A stretch of DNA of 64,000 bases, taken from contig OZ024765.1 of the NCBI GenBank assembly GCA_964016885.1, positions 14,012,001 to 14,076,000 of the forward strand, in the 5' to 3' direction. This stretch comes from Eledone cirrhosa. Taxonomy: Eukaryota. The notes beneath the pieces are model-generated. The model searched no databases and was not told the origin of the DNA. It saw only the letters and a list, made by a program, of their open reading frames with translations. A program made the position numbers and the translations under genes. Shown piece by piece: positions 53,160-64,000 of the stretch (position 1 is the first letter of the stretch; every line of letters starts with the position of its first letter).

Positions 53160-54867
53160 ATGTCACCTACACGACCACTTTACAGTGTGGACTGGGTGCT
53201 TTTTCTTATGTCACCTACACGACCACTTTACATTGTGGACTGGGTGCTTTTTCTTATGTCACCTACATGACCACTTTACAGCGTGGACTGGGTGCTTTTT
53301 CTTATGACACCTACACGACCACTTTACATTGTGGACTGGGTGCTTTTTCTTATGTCACCTACACGACCACTTTACATTGTGGACTGGGTGCTTTTTCTTA
53401 TGTCACCTACACAAACACTTTACAGCGTGGACTGGGTGCTTTTTCTTATGACACCTACACGACCACTTTACATTGTGGACTGGGTGCTTTTTCTTATGTC
53501 ACCTACACGTCCACTTTACAGTGTGGACTGGGTGCTTTTTCTTATGTCACCTACACAAACACTTTACATTGTGGACTGGGTGCTTTTTCTTATGTCACCT
53601 ACACAAACACTTTACAGCGTGGACTGGGTGCTTTTTCTTATGACACCTACACGACCACTTTACATTGTGGACTGGGTGCTTTTTCTTATGTCACCTACAC
53701 GGCCACTTTACATTGTGGACTGGGTGCTTTTTCTTATGACACCTACACGACCACTTTACATTGTGGACTGGGTGCTTTTTCTTATGTCACCTACAAGACC
53801 ACTTTACAGCGTGGACTGGGTGCTTTTTCTTATGACACCTACACGACCACTTTACATTGTGGACTGGGTGCTTTTTCTTATGTCACCTACATGACCACTT
53901 TACAGCGTGGACTGGGTGCTTTTTCTTATGACACCTACACGACCACTTTACATTGTGGACTGGGTGCTTTTTCTTATGTCACCTACACGACCACTTTACA
54001 GTGTGGACTGGGTGCTTTTTCTTATGTCACCTACACAAACACTTTACAGCGTGGACTGGGTGCTTTTTCTTATGACACCTACACGACCACTTTACATTGT
54101 GGACTGGGTGCTTTTTCTTATGTCACCTACATGACCACTTTACAGCGTGGACTGGGTGCTTTTTCTTATGACACCTACACGACCACTTTACATTGTGGAC
54201 TGGGTGCTTTTTCTTATGTCACCTACACAAACACTTTACAGCGTGGACTGGGTGCTTTTTCTTATGACACCTACACGACCACTTTACATTGTGGACTGGG
54301 TGCTTTTTCTTATGTCACCTACATAACCACTTTACAGCGTGGACTGGGTGCTTTTTCTTATGACACCTACACGACCACTTTACATTGTGGACTGGGTGCT
54401 TTTTCTTATGTCACCTACACAAACACTTTACAGCGTGGACTGGGTGCTTTTTCTTATGACACCTACACGACCACTTTACATTGTGGACTGGGTGCTTTTT
54501 CTTATGTCACCTACATGACCACTTTACAGCGTGGACTGGGTGCTTTTTCTTATGACACCTACACGACCACTTTACAGTGTGGACTGGGTGCTTTTTCTTA
54601 TGTCACCTACATGACCACTTTACAGCGTGGACTGGGTGCTTTTTCTTATGACACCTACACGACCACTTTACATTGTGGACTGGGTGCTTTTTCTTATGTC
54701 ACCTACATGACCACTTTACAGCGTGGACTGGGTGCTTTTTCTTATGACACCTACATGACCACTTTACATTGTGGACTGGGTGCTTTTTCTTATGTCACCT
54801 ACACGATCACTTTACAATGTGTGCTGGGTGCTTTTTGTTACGACACCTACATGACCACTTTACAAGG
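53160..54867. repeat. 48-bp minisatellite, ~35 copies
   Basis: CACGACCACTTTACATTGTGGACTGGGTGCTTTTTCTTATGTCACCTA; related to the RTE/SINE 3' tail. Confidence 0.95.
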
Positions 54868-55047
54868 TGGACTGAATGTTTTTGAGATACCAATATAACT
54901 TTACTGGGTAAGGGTGGTGTGGGCATGAAAATGGGTATCGCTTTGATTATGTAAAATTTATTTTCCATGGTACCCCCCATTTGGGTTTTTAGAGGTTGGC
55001 AGGTCTGCCTGGATATCTATATAAGATATAGGACGTTGATCCCTTAC

Positions 55048-55188
55048 CTACATTACCATGTGGTGGACACATCATTTTTGTACATCCAACAAGATTGTTT
55101 GATCCACAGAAACATCGGTTGCAGTCATCTTTGAATGAATCTCCGACCTTGTAAACCTTTCCTTTGTGGTGGCATACCTCAGTATCAC
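55048..55188 (-). CDS. Gene 3 exon C3 (CT-K-MMC)
   Basis: Same as C4. Confidence 0.9.
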
Positions 55189-55959
55189 CTGTCAAAAAAT
55201 ATATAAATATATATATATATGTCACTTCGTTTACACAGACGAGAAAACTACAAATTCTCGACTGTTTTCAAGTCCAGCAGTCGCAAGTGTGGGTGGGTTG
55301 TCCTGATGAGGACCAGTTAAGTCTGAAATGCATCAACGATTGTCGCCCTTGCTTTTGCTGGACACCACCAGAGGGCGTTAGCCCTGGCGTTTTTTGCATA
55401 GCTACGGCTTTCTAAATGTTTATCTGTAAACATACCATGTTTCCTTAGAAATACGAAATTTCTATACATATCTGTATACAGCTATACCTGAAGCTAAATC
55501 CTAATTATATATATCTGGATTACTTTACTGATTACATAAGACAGTGTAACACAGTCTTCATTCAATTTCTGTATATATTGTCAATTACGATTTTATTTGA
55601 TGTATCTACATGCATATATACTTGCGTATAATATCAATATGCACACTACACATGCTAGCAGAAAACCACCCAAAGGGTGGTTTTTCTGCTATTCTAAACT
55701 ATAATAATCTTGATAATGATATACACATATATATATATATATTTGCGTGCATATACATATACCATATATGTAATATACATGCACACTTCATATATATACA
55801 CACATAATATATCATCATTTATGTGTCCATCATTCATTGGTTGGATGGATTGACCCTTGTTTAGCTTATCTGGGGCAGATTTTGGCTTGGTTTCTACAGC
55901 TGGGTGCCCTTCCTGCCACCAACCACATTTACAATGTGTTCTGGTTGCTTTTTGTCATG

Positions 55960-57089
55960 TCACCTACACGACCACTTTACAGTGTGGACTGGGTGCTTTT
56001 TCTTATGACACCTACACGACCACTTTACATTGTGGACTGGGTGCTTTTTCTTATGACACCTACACGACCACTTTACAGTGTGGACTGGGTGCTTTTTCTT
56101 ATGACACCTACACGACCACTTTACATTGTGGACTGGGTGCTTTTTCTTATGACACCTACACGACCACTTTACATTGTGGACTGGGTGCTTTTTCTTATGA
56201 CACCTACACGACCACTTTACAGTGTGGACTGGGTGCTTTTTCTTATGACACCTACACGACCACTTTACATTGTGGACTGGGTGCTTTTTCTTATGTCACC
56301 TACACAAACACTTTACAGCGTGGACTGGGTGCTTTTTCTTATGACACCTACACGACCACTTTCCATTGTGGACTGGGTGCTTTTTCTTATGTCACCTACA
56401 CAAACACTTTACAGCGTGGACTGGGTGCTTTTTCTTATGTCACCTACACGACCACTTTACAGCGTGGACTGGGTGCTTTTTCTTATGACACCTACACGAC
56501 CACTTTACAGCGTGGACTGGGTGCTTTTTGTCATGTCACCTACACGACCACTTTACATTGTGGACTGGGTGCTTTTTCTTATGACACCTACACGACCACT
56601 TTACAGTGTGGACTGGGTGCTTTTTCTTATGTCACCTACACAAACACTTTACAGCGTGGACTGGGTGCTTTTTCTTATGACACCTACACGACCACTTTAC
56701 ATTGTGGACTGGGTGCTTTTTCTTATGTCACCTACATGACCACTTTACAGCGTGGACTGGGTGCTTTTTCTTATGACACCTACACGACCACTTTACATTG
56801 TGGACTGGTTGCTTTTTCTTATGTCACCTACACAAACACTTTACAGCGTGGACTGGGTGCTTTTTCTTATGACACCTACACGACCACTTTACATTGTGGA
56901 CTGGGTGCTTTTTCTTATGTCACCTACATGACCACTTTATAGCGTGGACTGGGTGCTTTTTCTTATGACACCTACATGACCACTTTACATTGTGGACTGG
57001 GTGCTTTTTCTTATGTCACCTACATGACCACTTTACAATGTGTGCTGGGTGCTTTTTGTTATGACACCTACATGACCACTTTACAAGGT
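55960..57089. repeat. 48-bp minisatellite, ~23 copies
   Basis: Same unit as 53160-54867. Confidence 0.95.
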
Positions 57090-57259
57090 GGACTGAATGT
57101 TTTTGAGATACCAATATAACTTTACTGGGTAAGGGTGGTGTGGGCGTGAAAATGGGTATCGCTTTGATTATGTAAAATTTATTTTCCATGGTACCCCCCA
57201 TTTGGGTTTTTAGAGGTTGGCAGGATATCTATATAAGATATAGGACGTTGATCCCTTAC

Positions 57260-57400
57260 CTACATTACCATGTGGTGGACACATCATTTTTGTACATCCA
57301 ACAAGATTGTTTGATCCACAGAAACATCGGTTGCAGTCATCTTTGAATGAATCTCCTACCTTGTAAACCTTTCCTTTGTGGTGGCATACCTCAGTATCAC
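57260..57400 (-). CDS. Gene 3 exon C2 (CT-K-MMC)
   Basis: Same protein as C4; one silent GTC>GTA change. Confidence 0.9.
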
Positions 57401-57832
57401 CTGTCAAAAAATATATAAATATATATATATATGTCACTTCGTTTACACAGACGAGAAAACTACAAATTCTCGACTGTTTTCAAGTCCAGCAGTCGCAAGT
57501 GTGGGAGGGTTGTCCTGATGAGGACCAGTTAAGTCTGAAATGCATCAACGATTGTCACCCTTGCTTTTGCTGGACACCACCAGAGGGCGTCAGCCCTGGC
57601 GTTTTTTGCATAGTTACGGCTTTCTAAATGTTTACCTGTAAACATACCATGTTTCCTTAGAAATACGAAATTTCTATACATATCTGTATACAGCTATACC
57701 TGAAGCTAAATCCTAATTATATATATATGGATTACTTTACTTTACTGATTACATAAGACAGTGTAACACAGTCTTCATTCAATTTCTGTGTATATTGTCA
57801 ATTACAATTTTATTTGATGTATTTACATGCAT

Positions 57833-58827
57833 GGCAACTGAAGCTGGCTGTGGACAAGTGTACCACCATGCATTTTGGAAGGAAAAATCCAGCGTCCACA
57901 TACTCCCTCCACAACACTGACATCAAAAAGTCCTCTTGTGAACGTGACCTGGGCATTACTGTCAGCAACGATTTGCGTTGGACAAAGCATGTCTCTAAGA
58001 TTGTCAAGAAGGCCGAGGGTGTCTTGGCATCACTCAGCAAGACCTTTGTTAGCCGCTCTCCAGCCATCTATTTAAAACTGTATACAGCTATGGTGCGACC
58101 ACACTTGGAATTCGCATCATCAGTCTGGAACCCTTATCTTGCTCGGAACATTGACCTCCTGGAAACTGTTCAGAGACGTGCAACCAAGCGCATACCCTCC
58201 ATCAGACACCTACCATACTCTGAACGCCTTGCTTCCCTGGGCATGGATTCATTGAAGCTCCGACGTCTGGCAATGGACTTGGTGAATACCCACAACGTTT
58301 TTAACCATCTCGCCAACTGCAACCCTGAGCGCCTCTTTGATCTCCATGTGTCTAACACACGTGGACATGCCTACAAGATAAGAAAACAGCACAGCTCCCA
58401 TGACTTTCGCAGACATTTTTTCACGCTCAGAGTTGCTGAAGCATGGAACAAACTGCCTGCGTCAATTGTTAGCTGCCGAGACACTGCATCCTTTAAGACA
58501 CTCATGCTTCCCAAAATACGCCAAAACTACACCTGATGTACCCCTTCCATACACATGCACACATGTGTGTATCATGACTCGTGCACTGTTCATTTTACTG
58601 ATGTTTGTGCATTGCCCTATGTACTGTACATGCACTTTTTTGATGAGTTGTGGTGCACCTGGGCACTGTGCACAATATTTCGTTATTGTTATTATATCAT
58701 GACTCATACACTGTTTATTTTCCTGACATTTGTACATTATTCTATGTACTATACATGCACCTTTGATGAGTTGTAGTGCACCTGAGCACTGTACACAATA
58801 ATTTCATTATTATTATTATTATTATTA
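57833..58827 (+). mobile_element. CR1/L2-group LINE fragment present in only one tandem unit
   Basis: Open frame WQLKLAVDKC...AWNKLP with (ATT)n tail; interrupts CATGCAT|ATATACTTGCG, which is contiguous in the other units. Confidence 0.92.
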
Positions 58828-59174
58828 TATATACTTGCGTATAATATCAATATGCACACTACACATGCTAGCAGAAAACCACCCAAAGGGTGGTTTTTCT
58901 GCTATTCTAAACTATAATAATCTTGATAATGATATACACATATATATATATATATATATTTGCGTGCATATACATATACCATATATGTAATATACAGGCA
59001 CACTTCATATATATACACACATAATATATCATCATTTATGTGTCCATCATTCATTGGTTGGATGGATTGACCCTTGTTTAGCTTATCCGGGGCAGATTTT
59101 GGCTTGGTTTCTACAGCTGGGTGCCCTTCCTGCCGCCAACCACATTTACAATGTGTTCTGGTTGCTTTTTGTCA

Positions 59175-59586
59175 TGTCACCTACACGACCACTTTACAGT
59201 GTGGACTGGGTGCTTTTTCTTATGACACCTACACGACCACTTTCCATTGTGGACTGGGTGCTTTTTCTTATGTCACCTACACGACCACTTTACAGTGTGG
59301 ACTGGGTGCTTTTTCTTATGACACCTACACGACCACTTTACAGTGTGGACTGGGTGCTTTTTCTTATGTCACCTACATGACCACTTTACATTGTGGACTG
59401 GGTGCTTTTTCTTATGACACCTACACGACCACTTTACAGTGTGGACTGGGTGCTTTTTCTTATGACACCTACACGACCACTTTACAGTGTGGACTGGGTG
59501 ATTTTTCTTATGTCACCTACACGACCACTTTACAGTGTGGACTGGGTGCTTTTTGTTATGACACCTACATGACCACTTTACAAGGT
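59175..59586. repeat. 48-bp minisatellite, ~9 copies
   Basis: Same unit as 53160-54867. Confidence 0.92.
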
Positions 59587-59765
59587 GGACTGAATGTTTT
59601 TGAGATCCCAATATAACTTTACTGGGTAAGGGTGGTGTGGGCGTGAAAATGGGTATCGCTTTGATTATGTAAAATTTATTTTCCATGGTACCCCCCATTT
59701 GGGTTTTTAGAGGTTGGCAGGTCTGCCTGGATATCTATATAAGATGTAGGACGTTGATCCCTTAC

Positions 59766-59906
59766 CTACATTACCATGTGGTGGACACATCATTTTTGTA
59801 CATCCAACAAGATTGTTTGATCCACAGAAACATCGGTTGCAGTCATCTTTGAATGAATCTCCGACCTTGTAAACCTTTCCTTTGTGGTGGCATACCTCAG
59901 TATCAC
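59766..59906 (-). CDS. Gene 3 exon C1 (CT-K-MMC)
   Basis: Same as C4; splice sites intact. Confidence 0.9.
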
Positions 59907-60093
59907 CTGTCAAAAAATATATACATATATATACATAGATGTATATATATATATACTGTATTTATATATATGTGTGTGTGTGTATTTGTATATATATATT
60001 ATATAATATATGTGTTTGTGATATGTGTGTATAATATATGTAAGATATGTGTGTGTGTGTGTATATATACACACACATATATATATATATATA

Positions 60094-61082
60094 CAGTAGC
60101 AGACTGGCCAGGTTGCCAGGTTGCCCAATGCCCAGGGGACCTACGGTAGCATTGCAAGAACCCACAGTAGCATTGCAGGGCCCACTGTAGTATTTTAGGG
60201 GCCAATGCTTTGCTTTCAAAAAATACCTGAAATCTGAAAGAAAGAATAAATTAAAAAAAATAAATAAATAATAAAATTAAACAAAGCATTTCATCAACCA
60301 AGGAGGGGGAGAAATGAAGTGGAAAAGAAATGAAATATGGATTGCAGGTTAAAATGTAGTCTAGATAGATGACAAACAAAATGAGGATGTAGTTTATGGA
60401 ACACCCAAATGATTTAGAAGTCGACCTTAAGTAGGAACAATAACATTAAGAAAGACATGAACGACACCACAACACTTTGTTTTGAAAATTTTGAAAGTAG
60501 GTTTATAAGTATGAATTTTCATAAGGTTTTCGTAGTTGTTTCTGTGGCCTAGCAGTAGGTACTAGAGACGGTGGAGATCCTGGCCTTGAGTTCAATCCTG
60601 TAACCTTTTTCAGTTTTCATTTTACAACCAACAGAAAAAAAACTGAAAAGGTTTACCGAGAACCCTACTCCCGACCAGGATCGAACTTCATACCAGGATC
60701 ACCACTGTCTATGATTCCCCCAACTAGGCCACCGAGACAGCTACAAAAGTATAATGAAAATTGATAATTATAAACCTACTTTCAAAATCAAAGTTAAAAA
60801 GATGTGGTGTCATTCATGGCTTTCCTAGAGCTATTAGGAATATTTAGGGTTGACTTCTGGTCATTATTGAAAGTCTCTAGATCTCGCAAAATACATCATA
60901 TTATTTATTGGAGAAGGTAAGATATTTTTCCGCAAAAATTTGATGGCACTGTTTTGTTTCCACTAATGTATTTTTCGAAAGTGTTATTTATTCATTATAA
61001 AAATTAAATGATAGCATTCTATATGTAGGTGGGCCCTCTTCATCTCCTGGCAACCAATATTCTTAGACCCAGCCTGCCACTG
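60094..61082. mobile_element. Non-autonomous DNA transposon (CAGT termini, hAT-like) with a nested internal palindrome
   Basis: Left end CAGTAGCAGACTGG versus right-end reverse complement CAGTGGCAGGCTGG; subterminal GGTTGCCAGG/CCTGGCAACC; imperfect inverted repeat at ~60405-60870. Confidence 0.65.
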
Positions 61083-61566
61083 TATATATACATAATATAT
61101 ATTTAGAAAGTGAACAACACAAAATATAACTACTCCATTACCAAAGGTTTCTGGAACCCAGACAATATTAATATATGTCTGGATTGGTCATCAGACAGAG
61201 ATGTTCATTTCATTTCATTTCATTTTACGTCCGCTTTTCCCTGCTTGCAAGGGTGGGACGGGAACTGATTCTGGCTTGATTTCTACAGCTGGATGCCCTT
61301 CCTAACACCAACCTCATTTACAGTGAGTGCTGGGTGCTTTTTTCCGTGGCACCTCCACAACCACTTTGTAGTGGAATGATAGGGACCTCAGCCCTATCAT
61401 CTCATTTCTACAGCTGAGTAAACTGGAGCAACGTGAAATAAAGTGTCTTGCTCAAGGAAACAACACATCACCTGGTCTGAGAATTGAACTCACAACCTTT
61501 CGATTGCAAGGCCAATGCTCTAACCACTAAGCCATGTACCTCCAACATATATATATATATATATAT

Positions 61567-61699
61567 GAAAAAGTATGACCCTGACGGCAGAGCTCAAGCC
61601 GTCGGGGTCATACTTTTTCCTATTTCCCACTCTACTACCCTAAGTACTGAGTACTCTGGTGCGTTATGGTCCATCTGGTTCCTTACCACAATTCCTTTG

Positions 61700-61702
<3 letters not shown>
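61567..61702. repeat. Short hairpin-headed interspersed repeat
   Basis: GAAAAAGTATGACCC..ACGGC / GCCGT..GGGTCATACTTTTTC; same family at ~3248-3400. Confidence 0.7.
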
Positions 61703-61739
<37 letters not shown>

Positions 61740-61748
61740 ATATATATA

Positions 61749-61869
<121 letters not shown>

Positions 61870-61943
61870 ATATATGTCGGAGCAAACACTTTAATTATAT
61901 ATATATAGTAAGTAGAATCGAAGAGAGTGTTGCAACCCCTTAC

Positions 61944-62087
61944 CTTTGGGTAGACACATCATCTCTGTACAGGCAGCGTCACCAGACTTGCCACAGAAAC
62001 ATCTATTGCAGTCATCCATGAATGTCTCTCCGACATTGTAGATATGTCCCTTGTGATGGCAGACAGTGGTTTCAGTTTGCTGGTCAT
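61944..62087 (-). CDS. Gene 3 A-type exon (CT-E-MMC); further upstream exons lie outside the window
   Basis: CTCCATCTTTCAG acceptor, AAG|GTAAGG donor; 144 nt, phase 1/1; [48 protein letters not shown]; not in the ORF track. Confidence 0.9.
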
Positions 62088-62129
62088 CTGAAAGATGGAG
62101 GAGGAGGGATTGGTAGTAGGGAGGGAATA

Positions 62130-62440
62130 TGGAAGGAAGGAAGAAAGAAAGGAGAAGTGAGTGAGTGTGAGAAAGGGAGGAAAGAAGGAGGAGATATGGA
62201 AGGAAGGAAGAAAGAAGGAGGAGTGAGTGAGTGTGAGAAAGGGACGAAAAGAAGGAGGAGATATGGAAGGAAGGAAGAAAGAAGGAGGAGATGTGGAAGG
62301 AAGGAAGAAAGAAGGAGGAGTGAGTGAGTGTGAGAAAGGGAGGAAAGAAGGAGGAGATATGGAAGGAAGGAAGAAAGAAGGAGGAGTGAGTGAGTGTGAG
62401 AAAGGGAGGAAAGAAGGAGGAGATATGGAAGCAGGCAAGG
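62130..62440. repeat. Purine-rich ~60-bp tandem repeat
   Basis: GAGTGAGTGAGTGTGAGAAAGGGAGGAAAGAAGGAGGAGATATGG repeats. Confidence 0.8.
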
Positions 62441-62845
62441 AATATGGAGGGAAAGAAAAAAGAAGGAGGGAATATGGAAGGAAGAAAGAAAGCGGAGTGT
62501 GAGAAAGAGAGGAAGGAATTGATGGAAAGATGGGATGACGGAGGGAAAGAAATTAATGCGATAGGATAATTAATTTCATGTTGTATTTTAACTTTAATTT
62601 TAATTTTATCCTCTTTTGATATGACTGTAATCTTTAAATGTATACTGCCACGCTAAATGTTATAATGGATGTCGACCCACCAAGCAACAATATATGCATA
62701 TGTTTCTGTATGTCCCCTGGGTTGAAAAGGGGGTCATATATGTGATCATTCATTAATAAATTTCTCCGAAGAATCCAAACCTCGGTTTGGAGGAAACAAT
62801 TGTAAGCATATAAATGATTTGAACAGAACTTTGATTCATATAACT

Positions 62846-62877
<32 letters not shown>

Positions 62878-64000
62878 TTGTTTTTAGTAACCACACAGCT
62901 CCTTTCATTTCATAACTGTTTGTATTTACCGCTGTGACCCTACCTGCTTTGGTCGACCTGTGTTCCCTCCACACTTTCGCATCGACCCTCCCTTCTCTCT
63001 TCCCTTCTCCTCCTCACTCGTTTTTTTTCTCCCTCCCTCTCTTTCTCACTATCCATCCGCTCGGTTTTGATTGTTGACATGTTTACACGATTGTTGACAT
63101 CTTTGCAGCACGTTTTTACCACCGTCATAAAAAACCCTTCTGGATTATCTCCCTTTCCCTTCTCCTCACTTTTGGTTGCCCATGTCACTCTCTCCCTTTC
63201 TCCTGTCTATGTTAGAGGCAGCACGATTATACCAGCTCTGAGTCGTAGCTGACCACCAGGCTAAAGTCTCCCAGGTTGGCCACAACTTACTTTCCCTATT
63301 TTTCCACGGTTACATTTTTGCATGTTTCTTTCACCTGTGTCTTCCCACTATGGGACCTGTACACTTTTTTTCTCCTATTCCTTTCCTATTTTTCCCGTTT
63401 TCCCTTCCCCCTTTCTTCCTCTCTCCTCATCTTTCCCCCCTTGTTCTTCCTCCTTTCCCTCGCTTTCCTTTTCTCTCTCCTTTTTTTTCTCTGTCCTTTT
63501 CCACCTGGCATTTTGATTAATAAAAGGCCTCGGGCGCACCCGAACTACACCGAAGTCCTGTAATTCAGTGCCGAAACATCGGTTCAGGAAACATTTACAG
63601 CTGACGATGGAAACTCCTTTCTTCCTTTCTCCTCCTGTTCCATCCTAACCACCATCTTAAACCTTGTTTTTAGTAACCACACAGCTCCTTTCGTTTCATA
63701 ACTTTTTATATTTTTATATATATATATATATACATACATATACATATATATATACATATCATCGAAGTCCATATCATCGCTTCGCTGCGTATTTCCAATA
63801 TTTTTAATGCTTACACTATTTTTAATACTTATATTATTTCTCCACACACAGACTATAAGAATCATATAAAGAATTCGTCACCAGATCAACCAACCTAACA
63901 CTCTCGATTACCTGCTTAAGTGCTTCTACTACACGCGACTCTCTGCCACACTACATAAACAAGACGCACGTGCTTGCCACACGTATAACCTTTGCACTAT

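Larger units (their letters stand above)
52080..59925 (-). repeat. Intragenic tandem duplication in gene 3: 3 full units + 1 partial, one exon each
   Basis: GGACTGAATGTTTTTGAGAT recurs at ~52080, 54868, 57090 and 59587. Confidence 0.92.

Noticed and set aside
53060-54898. 612-aa ORF of 16-aa repeats (and similar ORFs at 55857 and 59074)
   Set aside because: A 48-bp unit is divisible by 3, so frames stay open by chance; it is TE-tail derived and lies antisense within gene 3 introns
60227-60233. 7-nt micro-exon candidate on the minus strand (TTTCAG|ATTTCAG|GTATTT)
   Set aside because: Would frameshift between phase-1 exons and lies inside a DNA transposon

Overview
AT-rich animal genomic DNA packed with repeats. 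The (AT)n tracts and the mix of RTE, CR1 and Penelope retroelements and tRNA-derived SINEs suggest an octopus or other coleoid; this is an inference. The ORF track misses the main content: a cluster of three intron-rich genes for secreted pacifastin-type (MEROPS I19-like) serine-protease inhibitors, each domain encoded by its own exon, nearly all of them symmetric phase-1/1 exons. Gene 1 (+, 1296-~25970) has a signal peptide and 11 domains, about 525 aa, including a 4x tandem duplication of an A+B exon pair whose B copies differ only by non-synonymous changes, most variably at the P1 residue (W/I/R/R). Gene 2 (+, 36909-~44745) has a signal peptide and 2 domains, one lacking its reactive loop. 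Gene 3 (-, 5' end outside the window, to ~47765) has at least 6 domains, including 4 protein-identical tandem copies. All three share a conserved 3' UTR block, and genes 1 and 3 build their TGA stop across the last intron. Introns and intergenic DNA carry a near-intact RTE LINE with a PHD finger inside its RT, a Penelope-like element, several hammerhead ribozyme motifs (three co-duplicated inside gene 1), MITEs and foldbacks, and minisatellites seeded from TE fragments. Gene models were read by eye from splice signals and have no transcript support here.
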